Position numbers and translations under genes: made by a program. The notes beneath the pieces are model-generated. The model had not been told where the DNA came from and did no database searches. It worked only from the letters and a program-made list of their open reading frames with translations. From an uncultured Elusimicrobia bacterium (GTDB lineage Bacteria; Elusimicrobiota; Elusimicrobia; Elusimicrobiales; UBA9959), in the NCBI GenBank assembly GCA_903879915.1, contig CAIRNJ010000060.1:12412-76411 (forward strand): 64,000 nucleotides of DNA, given 5' to 3'. Of the stretch, positions 17,890 to 26,645 are shown piece by piece (within the stretch, counting starts at the first letter, position 1; each line of letters opens with the position of its first letter).

Positions 17890-17899
17890 CGCAAAAGAA

Positions 17900-19174
17900 T
17901 TATCTGCTCAGCAGGCTGTTGAGCAGCCGGCCGGTCAGCGAAACCGCCCCGGCAAAGCCCAGGAACGGCTCGTCGGAGAGGCAGTGGTGCCCGTACGAAG
18001 GGAACCCCAGCTCGACGTAAGGCCTTTTCATGTCCAGCAGCTCCGTGACCGTGAACGAGTTCCCCACCACCACGTCCGTGCGGGAATAGCCGGAAAGGTC
18101 CCTGATCAGGGAAAGGGCCTCGGCCGTGTCCGGCGCGAACAGCAGCGCGCGCGGGAGCCTGTCGGTCCCAAGGGGCCTCGCGAACGAGTCCAGCAGCGCG
18201 CAGTTTATCCGCATTCCTAATTCCGGGGCCAGCGAGGCGAAAGCGGCGAAAAGGCAGGGGTCGCCGGCGTAAGCGACGTTCTGGTGGGCCAGCGCGTGCA
18301 GCGCCGGGGCCATGGCGGCGGCCGTGCTTTTCGCCAGGGCGGTTACGGCCGGCGGGAGCCCCTCTTTTATTCCGGCCGCGGCGCGAACACTTTCCAGCCA
18401 GCGGCAGGTGCCGCCGATCCCCATCGGCAGCCCTGTCTCCACCAATTTGGCGCCGGAGCGGGCAGCTATCGCGGCCGCCGCCGCGCGCCCGTAAGGCAGG
18501 GATACGACCACGTCGGCCTCAAGCGCGCCGCTCAGAGCCCCGAATCCGCCGCCGGAAGGGAAAACGCAGGCCAAGCCGAGGCCGCACAGCTCCAGCAGCC
18601 GGCGGAGCTCAGCGATATTGGCGGAATGGTCTCTTTCATTGCGGTCCATCAAATAGCCGACCAGGGCCACCGAGCGCTTGCGCCTTTTCACCTTCCGGTC
18701 CGGCAGCGCGCGCGCCAGCGCGGCCAGCGCCTGCGCGTAGCCGTCCAGCCAGTCGGCCTCGTTATGCGGCACCGGGACGTCCAGCACCGGTACGCGGGCG
18801 GTCAGCCCCGCCGCTATGCCCTCGTAGTCCATGCCGGCCATCTTCAAAAAAGGGAGGCTGGTAAGCAGTATCACGGAAAAGTCCTTCTGGTCGGCGACCC
18901 CGAGCAGGATGTCGGTCAGCTTCTTCTCGGGATCCTGCCGCTGCGGCAGCGGCGCCGACATGGTGCACAGCACGCGGTGCCTGCCGTCGGCGGAAAGCAG
19001 CGTGGAGTAAAGATCGTGGTTGCCGGCCAGGAAATCCACCTTCGGCATCACGCAGTTCGGCCCGTCCACCACCAGGCAGGCGTCCGCCACGGCGTTGACG
19101 GCAAGGTAGACGCCGAGCTGATACGGCAGATTGAAGGTCTTGGGGAACCTATGGCTTGGAAAGGTATTGTTCAT
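17900..19174 (-). CDS. Nitrogenase component-1-type oxidoreductase subunit (NifK/N / BchB/N-like)
   Basis: 424 aa. ADACLVVDGPNCVMPKVDF resembles the H-G-P-x-G-C region of the family, and the layout is Rossmann-like throughout. Start overlaps the upstream fusion gene by 26 nt. Confidence 0.6.
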   Translation of the reverse strand: MNNTFPSHRFPKTFNLPYQLGVYLAVNAVADACLVVDGPNCVMPKVDFLAGNHDLYSTLLSADGRHRVLCTMSAPLPQRQDPEKKLTDILLGVADQKDFSVILLTSLPFLKMAGMDYEGIAAGLTARVPVLDVPVPHNEADWLDGYAQALAALARALPDRKVKRRKRSVALVGYLMDRNERDHSANIAELRRLLELCGLGLACVFPSGGGFGALSGALEADVVVSLPYGRAAAAAIAARSGAKLVETGLPMGIGGTCRWLESVRAAAGIKEGLPPAVTALAKSTAAAMAPALHALAHQNVAYAGDPCLFAAFASLAPELGMRINCALLDSFARPLGTDRLPRALLFAPDTAEALSLIRDLSGYSRTDVVVGNSFTVTELLDMKRPYVELGFPSYGHHCLSDEPFLGFAGAVSLTGRLLNSLLSR

Positions 19175-21671
19175 TGAAATCCCAGTCGCAGAGTTCCAGC
19201 AGCCGGCGCCAGCTCTCTACGGCGCCCCCGTAACCGGGCTCCAGAAGCCCGGCGGAGAAAGAATTCTTGCCCGCCGCCGCCACCCGGGGGTCCCGGCGCA
19301 CGTCAGAATACACCAGTTTAAGCGCGCTGTCGGAGCGCAGCAGGACGTTCAGCTCCTCCATCGTCCGGAAATATTTTACGGAGAAAACGCCGGCGGGAAC
19401 GCGGGCTTTAAGTTCCTTCAGGTCCGCGGCCAAGGCTTTCGAAGGGCCGTCGCCTTTCAGGAACAGCTTAATTCTGAAACCGGCCTCGGCCAGCAGGGCC
19501 AGCACCGGCCGCATCTTTAAAGCGGCCTCCCCCGCCAGAAGCCTGAGCTCGCCCGCCTCCAGCACGAAGCCGGCAGAGTACGCGCGGGCGCGGCGCCAAA
19601 GACCGGCCGCTTCCTTTTTCTGGGCCGGCGAGGGGCCGGCCGTGAACTTTTTGCGGCCCAGCGCGGCGGCTATCGCGGCCAGCCAGGCGTCCGTGCCCGA
19701 GAAACCGTACGGGGCCGGCAACAGCAGCCATTTCAGTCCGGCCTTGGCAAAAGCGGGCTGCAGCACCGTGTCCGGGTGCGACAGCACCTGCACCCGGGCC
19801 GAGCGGGCGGCGGCGTAAAAGTCCTCTCCCGGGCCGGCCATGGAGAGGCCGGCGTCTTTCAGCACGCCGGCTATCTTTTCCCACATCAGCCCCTCGGTGA
19901 CAAGATGCACGTCGCACGTTTTCTCCGGGCCGCCGCGGCGCAGCCTGTCGGCCATGAAATCGGCGCGCACCGCCGCCTTGGCCGGCGAGTGCTCCCCGAA
20001 ACTGTTGTAATTTTCCAGCACCACCTTCACGCCGGTTTCGCGCCCCACTTTTTCGGCGTGGGCACTGACGTCGCCGGCCAGCAGCATCGCGGAGCAGCCC
20101 ACATAAAACTCCACCAGCCCGCCGGGGCCCGCGTTCCGGGCCGCGCCGGAGAGGGAGGCCAGCACTTTGGCGTCGTCGCCCAGCACGGCGTCCGTGCCGT
20201 TGAAATCCGTATTGGCTATCTGCGCGGTCCCCCGCGGCAGGATGGGCCCGCGCGTGCCCGAAGAGTTCAGGCGGTCGCGCCCGCTGAACAGTCCCATGTT
20301 CCCGCCGTCGCAGCCGCTGAAGCGGCATTCCATATCCCCGTGCTCCACCATCATCGAGCCCTGCGGCACGCAGGCCTGCAGCGCGCCGCCGGGGAAGATG
20401 AAGCGCTGCCACTGCCCGAACGCCATGTGCGGGCGCTTGGGCGCGCCGGTCGAGGACTGGTCTTCGTTCTCGGCGCGGGTGCTGGAGGCTATCCCGCCGT
20501 AAAAATCCTTGGTCCCGGTAAAGACCGAGAGCATTTCGCCGAAGCTGAACTGCGACAGCCTGGCCACCGCGGTCCGGAGTTCGTCGTACAGCCTGCCGGT
20601 GACCAGGCCGGCGGAAGGGTGGAAGCAGGAGGTCCAGTCCGAAAACCGCAGCATTCCGCCCCTGGCGGAGGCCGCCGGGGCTATCACTATCCTGCGCGCG
20701 CCCGCCGACGAGGCCCAGTCGCACATTATCTGCCCGTCCTCGATGCCCGCCACCTTGAAGCCGGCCGACGTGAAGACGGAGCGCAGCGGCCTGCCTTCGC
20801 GCGCGACCGTTTTCCCGGCCGCCGGCGGCGGCGCGGCCGGCGCGGCGGAGAACGCCTTGCCGGGCACATGCGCGCCCTCGGTAAAAGAAAAGAACTCGGC
20901 GTCGGTCAGCGCGCGCGGCGGCGCGGCCGGCGGCGCGGCGGCCCGGATGGCGGCGCTGAGGCGCACGATGCGGAGCGTAAAATCGCTGCCGGGATAGGCG
21001 AGCGCGGCCGGGCGCTTCGCCCGCTCCGCCTTAGCCACCACGGTATCGTGAAGTATAACGCCCAGCACGCGCGTATTTACCGCACGGGCGAAAGCTTCCG
21101 CGAAAGCGGCGCCCTCGGCGTTGCGGGCGTTCACGGCCAGCCCCGCCAGGTAGACGCCGTTGCGCGCATAGTTGTTGACCATCGTTATCAGCCGGTTGGC
21201 CGCGTAAAGGGACAGGCTTTCCTCCGAGGTCACGATGACGACCTTCCTGGAGAACCCCCGCCGCAGCGGCGCGGCGAAGCCGCCGCAGACCACGTCGCCC
21301 AGCACGTCGAAGATAGCGGCGTCGTACCCGTCCTTTTCAAGGATGGCGCCCGCTTTCATCTCGTCGAGCATGGCGCCTATGCCGGCGCCGGCGCAGCCCA
21401 TTCCCGGGTTGGGGCCGCCGGCCTCGATGCAGTAAACGCCTTTGATCGCTGAGGGATAGATGCTTTCGCGCAGGTTGGACCGGCCGGCGCTGCCGGGATT
21501 ATCGGAAAAGGGCTGGATGCGCCCGCGCATCAGCGTAAGCGCGGAATCCATTTTGGGGTCGCAGCCTATGTGCAGGACCTTGCTTCCCCCTGCGGCCATC
21601 AGCGCCGTCACGTTGGCCGCGATGGTGCTTTTGCCTATGCCGCCCTTGCCGAAGAATACGATGCTTTCCAT
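19149..21671 (-). CDS. Fusion protein: NifH/BchL-like Fe-protein ATPase (N-terminus) plus nitrogenase component-1-like domain (C-terminus)
   Basis: N-terminal ~260 aa carry GKGGIGKST (P-loop), GCDPKMDS (switch I), EAGGPNPGMGCAGAGI and DVLGDVVCGGFAAPLR (both 4Fe-4S Cys ligands). An Ala/Pro-rich linker follows (AAAPPAAPP...AAPAAPPPAAGK). The remaining ~540 aa include FYVGCSAMLLAGDV...VKVVLENYNSFG, typical of component-1-like folds. Confidence 0.75.
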   Translation of the reverse strand: MESIVFFGKGGIGKSTIAANVTALMAAGGSKVLHIGCDPKMDSALTLMRGRIQPFSDNPGSAGRSNLRESIYPSAIKGVYCIEAGGPNPGMGCAGAGIGAMLDEMKAGAILEKDGYDAAIFDVLGDVVCGGFAAPLRRGFSRKVVIVTSEESLSLYAANRLITMVNNYARNGVYLAGLAVNARNAEGAAFAEAFARAVNTRVLGVILHDTVVAKAERAKRPAALAYPGSDFTLRIVRLSAAIRAAAPPAAPPRALTDAEFFSFTEGAHVPGKAFSAAPAAPPPAAGKTVAREGRPLRSVFTSAGFKVAGIEDGQIMCDWASSAGARRIVIAPAASARGGMLRFSDWTSCFHPSAGLVTGRLYDELRTAVARLSQFSFGEMLSVFTGTKDFYGGIASSTRAENEDQSSTGAPKRPHMAFGQWQRFIFPGGALQACVPQGSMMVEHGDMECRFSGCDGGNMGLFSGRDRLNSSGTRGPILPRGTAQIANTDFNGTDAVLGDDAKVLASLSGAARNAGPGGLVEFYVGCSAMLLAGDVSAHAEKVGRETGVKVVLENYNSFGEHSPAKAAVRADFMADRLRRGGPEKTCDVHLVTEGLMWEKIAGVLKDAGLSMAGPGEDFYAAARSARVQVLSHPDTVLQPAFAKAGLKWLLLPAPYGFSGTDAWLAAIAAALGRKKFTAGPSPAQKKEAAGLWRRARAYSAGFVLEAGELRLLAGEAALKMRPVLALLAEAGFRIKLFLKGDGPSKALAADLKELKARVPAGVFSVKYFRTMEELNVLLRSDSALKLVYSDVRRDPRVAAAGKNSFSAGLLEPGYGGAVESWRRLLELCDWDFNEQYLSKP

Positions 21672-21856
21672 GAGTTAGACCAGCTGAGCGTTTTACGGCC
21701 GTACCTGCGAGCGCTATAATAGTCCGTGCCCGACGATATCTTACTCGGTATGGTATAATAAATCAGCCGGCGTAGCAAGCAGCGGTCCAGCAATGAAAAA
21801 GCCGTTTATGAGAGCATTCAGCACGACACTCAGGCGCCGCATCCGGGAAGCCCGCC

Positions 21857-22735
21857 ATGTTTAACGAAACCATCGGCTGCCTGGCCGCTTTGGGCTCGGC
21901 CGCGGCCTGGGCGTACGGCTCCATACTTTTCCGCGAACTCGGCTCGGACGTCTCCCCCGCCGGCATGACCCTCTCGTCGAGCGCGATAGGGATACTCTAC
22001 ATGGGCCTCGCGCTGCTGGCCGTCGGCCTGGAGCCGGTAAGCACCAGGGCTTTCCTGCTCCTGGGGGCCAGCGGAGTGCTGGGCCTGGCCCTGGGCACTA
22101 TCCTGTTCTTCAGGGCGCTGATGTGCCTTGGCCCGAAATTGATGATGATCCTGGGCCTGATCTGCCCCGTCCTGACCATAGGCCTGGCGGTCGGCCTGCT
22201 GAACGAACGCCCCTCCGCCGCGGCCTGGGCGGGCTCGCTCATAACGCTTGCCGGGCTGGCCGTAGTTCTTTGGAAAAGGCCGCCGTCCGGGCAGCGCGAG
22301 AAACTCGCACCCGGGATCACCTGCGCGCTGCTCTCGGCCTTATGCACAGCCTTCAGTATAATCCTGGCCAAGGTCGGGGTAGCGGAGGTTCCGGCGCTGG
22401 AGGCCTCGCTGATAAGGCATATCTGGGCGGCGGGAGCGCTGCTTCTCTGGGGCCTCGCCGGCGGCGGATTAAAAGGCTGGCTCGCCCCCTTCCGGGAGCC
22501 GCGCCTGGCGAAGCTTCTTTTCTTCGCGACGTTCGTGATAATTTTCGGGGGCTTCTGGCTTTCGATGGTGGCGCTGAAATACGTCTACGCCTCCGTCGCC
22601 ACCGTGCTGAACATGACGGAGCCGCTGTTCATCCTGCCGCTCACGGCCCTGCTGCTCAAAGAAAAGATCTCCCTGCGCGAGACCGCCGGCGCGCTGCTCG
22701 CCTTCTCCGGCGTGGCCGTCATCCTGCTGAACTGA
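21857..22735 (+). CDS. EamA/DMT-family transporter
   Basis: 292 aa with about 10 hydrophobic helices in two EamA-like halves. Confidence 0.75.
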   Translation: MFNETIGCLAALGSAAAWAYGSILFRELGSDVSPAGMTLSSSAIGILYMGLALLAVGLEPVSTRAFLLLGASGVLGLALGTILFFRALMCLGPKLMMILGLICPVLTIGLAVGLLNERPSAAAWAGSLITLAGLAVVLWKRPPSGQREKLAPGITCALLSALCTAFSIILAKVGVAEVPALEASLIRHIWAAGALLLWGLAGGGLKGWLAPFREPRLAKLLFFATFVIIFGGFWLSMVALKYVYASVATVLNMTEPLFILPLTALLLKEKISLRETAGALLAFSGVAVILLN

Positions 22736-22745
22736 CGCAAAGAAC

Positions 22746-24185
22746 TCAGGCCTCCGTTTCGTAACCCACGTAAGGGTTGAGCGGCCCGTCCTTGTATTTA
22801 TCCTTTTTGAAAGGCAGCAGGTCCGGATGGCAGAAGAACTGGGCGATCTCGTCGGCGAAGAACCGGCCCAGCTTGGTGAGTTTCAGGTATTCGGCGTCCT
22901 CCTGCAGCAGGCCGTGGTCCTTGAGCAGCTGTATTTTTTTGCCGAACACCGCGCCGGGGTCCGCGCCGGTAATATCCCTGAACTGTTTCTTCAGCAGGTG
23001 CATGTTCTTCAAAGGCATGCTGATGTTCCTGCGCAGCTGCTGGTCGCGCGTGCGGATAGCGCCGGTCTTTATCGGCATTTTCCCGCTCTCTATGGCGGCG
23101 TAATATTCCTTCAGGTCGGGGGTGTTCTGCGAGAACCTGTCGCGCAGCATGGTCATGGAGTACAGGCCGAAACCCAGATTATCGTGCTGCCCCCCCATCC
23201 AGTCGCTCATGTAATACGAATAATCCGCCGGGGTTTTCGAGAAGAACCGCGACATGGTCTCATGGTAGCCGTTCTGCTCCAACAAGCCTATGGCCACCGC
23301 CTTCAGCCGTATCTGCTCGTCGTTGGTGATCAGCGGGTTGCCGCGCGAGTCGAACAGGCTGTAGATCGCCCCGGTATGCACGCCCATAGGCAGGATCTTC
23401 AGCCGGTAGATTATGATCTCGTCCACTTCGCAGCGCAGCGCCTGCCTGACCATGTCCACCCAGAGTTCGGGGGTCTCGCCGGGATAGCCGCAGATCAGCT
23501 CCAGGTTCACTTTGAACCCCATCTCCTTGGCCATGCTGATGGCCCTGAGAGAATCGGCGGTGTTGTGGTGGCGGGCCATCTTTTTCAGGATGGGGTCGGA
23601 GAACGCCTGCACGCCTATCGCGAGCCTGCGCACGCCGGCGTCGCGCATGATCTTCAGGCGCTCTCGCCCCTCGTAGCCCAGCAGGAAGAACGGGCTGGTG
23701 TCGCAGGAGAACTGCGTCATCGCGGTCATATCCATGCGGGCGGTAAAGAAATTGAAGAACCGCTTCATCTGCGCCGGCGAGATGAACGTGGGCGTGCCGC
23801 CGCCGAGCAGGATGGAACGGGCCTTCACCCGGCTGACGCCGAACCGGCTCATGGAGATATCCATTTCCTTCTCGAGGTGATCGAGATAGACGTCCTTGTC
23901 CCCCTCGGTGGAGCCGAGGACGTTGGGGAAATGGCAGAACGCGCAGCGCATCATGCAGAACGGGAAATGCACGTACACGCAGGAGCTGTCCTCATGCGGG
24001 ACGTAGCCGTCAAGGAACCCCTCCGCCTTCATCGGCGGGTACTGCATCATCGTAGGGTACATCAAAGACGGGAAGAATTCCCCGTCCTTGTTGATCAGGC
24101 CGCTGTCGATAAGATGGTGAAAATCACCCACCGTTCTGCGCGCGTTCTCAAGTATCGTTGGATCGACTATTTCTTCGTTAAGCAT
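22746..24185 (-). CDS. HemN-like (class C-type) radical SAM protein, paralogue 1
   Basis: HFPFCMMRCAFCHFPN (CX3CX2C), GGGTPTF, and a HemN-like C-terminal domain. Start moved to the ATG at 24183-24185 (MLNEEIV...). Confidence 0.8.
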   Translation of the reverse strand: MLNEEIVDPTILENARRTVGDFHHLIDSGLINKDGEFFPSLMYPTMMQYPPMKAEGFLDGYVPHEDSSCVYVHFPFCMMRCAFCHFPNVLGSTEGDKDVYLDHLEKEMDISMSRFGVSRVKARSILLGGGTPTFISPAQMKRFFNFFTARMDMTAMTQFSCDTSPFFLLGYEGRERLKIMRDAGVRRLAIGVQAFSDPILKKMARHHNTADSLRAISMAKEMGFKVNLELICGYPGETPELWVDMVRQALRCEVDEIIIYRLKILPMGVHTGAIYSLFDSRGNPLITNDEQIRLKAVAIGLLEQNGYHETMSRFFSKTPADYSYYMSDWMGGQHDNLGFGLYSMTMLRDRFSQNTPDLKEYYAAIESGKMPIKTGAIRTRDQQLRRNISMPLKNMHLLKKQFRDITGADPGAVFGKKIQLLKDHGLLQEDAEYLKLTKLGRFFADEIAQFFCHPDLLPFKKDKYKDGPLNPYVGYETEA

Positions 24186-24270
24186 AGTCACCCCCCACAA
24201 CGAATATCCGCCGCGCACGGCGGCGGACAGCTAAAGTGCTCCTCCACAAAAGCCGGTTCTTTCTTTATTA

Positions 24271-25227
24271 TCAGAAGGGCAGCAGCGCCTGGAACCAGAA
24301 GCGGTCCCCCTGCGGCCGGTTATACGCGTTGAACTCATGCTGATATTTCAAAGTGGCAGTGAAAGCCTTCGAAAAAATATGGCTGACGTACGGTCCGACA
24401 GCCGTGATCTCGCCGCGATTGCCTATCCCGGTCCCTGAAATAGCGGTAGCCTTCCCGCGCAATTCGTCGTTGGTGGTCTGCAGGTAGTAAAAGCCCTGCA
24501 GGCCCGCGGCAGTTGACGGCTCCGGCCGGTATCCGGCGAGGAATTCCACGGTGAACTCGTCTCCCGACTTATAATGCGTGGCGACATTCTCGCAATTGAA
24601 CGCGTAGCGCAGTTTCGCGTCGGCCTCTACGTTCGCAACGGGGCGGAAATTGAACGCGTAAGTGGGGGCGTATTGCCAGTAATTCCTGCCGGTATTTACG
24701 CGGGCGTTCTTGTCATAGTTGCCCTGCGGCACCGCGAACTCCAGCGACAGCGCCTGGCTGTAGGTCTTGCCCTGCCAGCCCAGCAAGAGAGGTATCAGCA
24801 GGCCGTCGGCCGCGCCGGTCACCTTGTCGCCCGAATCCGTTCCGGCCGGGTTAACTTTGGCGACGTCCAGCAAAGCGAACGGGGCGGCGAACACGCTTTG
24901 CATGCCCGCGCCGAGGAATTTACCCTGCCAGACATGCTGAAAGCGGAAAGCCACGCCGTTGCTTTTTATCCGGAATTTGCTGAAAACGGGATTGTCCTTA
25001 CCGTTGATCCCTTTCAGGCTGTCAGCGGCGTAATAGTTGTAATACATCAAATAGTAAGTGCCCGGGGCGCGCATGTTGGCGTAGGCAAGCTCATTGCCGA
25101 CCGGGTAAGAACTGCCCGCACCCTCGGTAGCGTGAAGGGGCACCGGCCCAAGGAGCAGAAATCCCAGTAAAGCGGCACAATTAAAGATCTTTTTACTTTG
25201 AGCAGCGCAGGCAGCTTTCATTTTCAC
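24271..25227 (-). CDS. Outer-membrane beta-barrel protein (MetA-pathway/transporter-like family, tentative)
   Basis: Signal peptide (LLGFLLLGPVPLHA), alternating amphipathic strands, and a C-terminal aromatic residue (...FQALLPF). Confidence 0.5.
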   Translation of the reverse strand: MKMKAACAAQSKKIFNCAALLGFLLLGPVPLHATEGAGSSYPVGNELAYANMRAPGTYYLMYYNYYAADSLKGINGKDNPVFSKFRIKSNGVAFRFQHVWQGKFLGAGMQSVFAAPFALLDVAKVNPAGTDSGDKVTGAADGLLIPLLLGWQGKTYSQALSLEFAVPQGNYDKNARVNTGRNYWQYAPTYAFNFRPVANVEADAKLRYAFNCENVATHYKSGDEFTVEFLAGYRPEPSTAAGLQGFYYLQTTNDELRGKATAISGTGIGNRGEITAVGPYVSHIFSKAFTATLKYQHEFNAYNRPQGDRFWFQALLPF

Positions 25228-25407
25228 TCCTAATCCGCAATACTGTGTTTACGCCCGGAGAGGACGCAACAGCAACAGCTCCGGCGCGCGATGACCCTAA
25301 TTATAACACACTCGCGGCCCGGCGATAAATCCTGTACGTCAGGCATTATCCTGCCCGGGCGCGGACCGAATTTGCGCACGAACGGGGAAAGTGTGTAAAA
25401 TTCAAAA

Positions 25408-26640
25408 ATGACAACAGAATCAGAGCTCCCCTCTTCGCGCAAAATCGCAATGGTAGTCCTGCTCGCCGCCCTTGGCAATTTCGTGGATATTTACGACCTC
25501 ATCCTTTTCAGCCTTGTGCGGGTGCAGAGCCTTACCAGCATCGGCGTTCCGCCGGAGAAACTGCTGGACACCGGGCTAAAGCTTATTAACATGCAGATGG
25601 GCGGCATGCTGCTCGGCGGCATCCTCTGGGGCGTCATGGGCGACAAGAAGGGGCGGCTCTCCGTGCTGCTCGGCTCCATAGCCCTGTATTCGCTCGCGAA
25701 CATCGCCAACGGCTTCGTTAACAGCGTTCCCGCTTACGCGGCGCTGCGTTTTATCTCGGGTGTGGGCCTGGCCGGAGAGCTGGGCGCCGGCATCACGCTG
25801 GTGAGCGAACTTATGTCCAAAGAAGCGCGCGGCTACGGCACCATGTTAGTGGCGGGTCTGGGGCTGGCCGGCGCCATCGCGGCGGGGCTAGTGGGCAACC
25901 GCTTCGGCTGGCGCAACGCCTATTTCGTGGGCGGCTTCATGGGCCTGGCGCTGCTGCTGCTGCGCATCGGCATCTGCGAATCGGTCATGTTCAACAAGAT
26001 CAAGGACACAACGGCCCGGCGCGGGAATTTCTTCATGCTTTTCTCCCCCGGTAAGCGCCTGCTCAAATATCTTTACTGCATCGTGCTGGGCATGCCTACC
26101 TGGTTCATCATCGGAATTTTGATGACTTTCGCTCCGGAGTTCGGCAAAGCCCTGGCCATGCCGGTACTCCCTACGGCAACCAACGCCGTGATGATCTTCT
26201 ATGCCACCTGCACCATCGGCAACCTGGCCAACGGAACTTTAAGCCAGCTGATGAAGAGCCGCCGCAAGGCCATCCTTATTTTCTTCGCGGTCGCGGCTGC
26301 GCTCTGCGTGGCTTATTTCAATCTGCGGGGAGCTTCGCTGTTCTCGTTCTACGCCGTCTGCGCGGGGCTCGGTTTCTTCGCGGCGTACTGGGCCGTGCTG
26401 CTTACCATGGCCGCGGAACAGTTCGGGACGAATATCCGCGCCACCGTCTCCACCACCGTGCCGAATTTCGTGCGCAGCTCGCTGGTCCTCGTATCCTGGG
26501 GCTTCCAGGCCCTTAAGCCGGGCTTCGGGATCCTGACGGCGGCAAGCATCGTGGGCGCGGCAGTATTCGCCCTGGCGCTGTTCTCGCTGTCGGGGCTGGG
26601 CGAGACCTACGGCAAAGACCTGGATTACGTCGAGGCCTGA
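25408..26640 (+). CDS. MFS transporter
   Basis: 410 aa with about 12 TM segments and the loop motif GVMGDKKGR between TM2 and TM3. Confidence 0.85.
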   Translation: MTTESELPSSRKIAMVVLLAALGNFVDIYDLILFSLVRVQSLTSIGVPPEKLLDTGLKLINMQMGGMLLGGILWGVMGDKKGRLSVLLGSIALYSLANIANGFVNSVPAYAALRFISGVGLAGELGAGITLVSELMSKEARGYGTMLVAGLGLAGAIAAGLVGNRFGWRNAYFVGGFMGLALLLLRIGICESVMFNKIKDTTARRGNFFMLFSPGKRLLKYLYCIVLGMPTWFIIGILMTFAPEFGKALAMPVLPTATNAVMIFYATCTIGNLANGTLSQLMKSRRKAILIFFAVAAALCVAYFNLRGASLFSFYAVCAGLGFFAAYWAVLLTMAAEQFGTNIRATVSTTVPNFVRSSLVLVSWGFQALKPGFGILTAASIVGAAVFALALFSLSGLGETYGKDLDYVEA

Positions 26641-26645
26641 GACGC

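Noticed and set aside
17900-21671. Bona fide nitrogenase (nifHDK), implying N2 fixation
   Set aside because: Only two genes are present, the Fe-protein is fused to a component-1-like domain, and no nifB/E/N/V-type cofactor genes lie nearby. The context is radical SAM, U32 and esterase genes. It is treated as a nitrogenase-like paralogue of unknown substrate.
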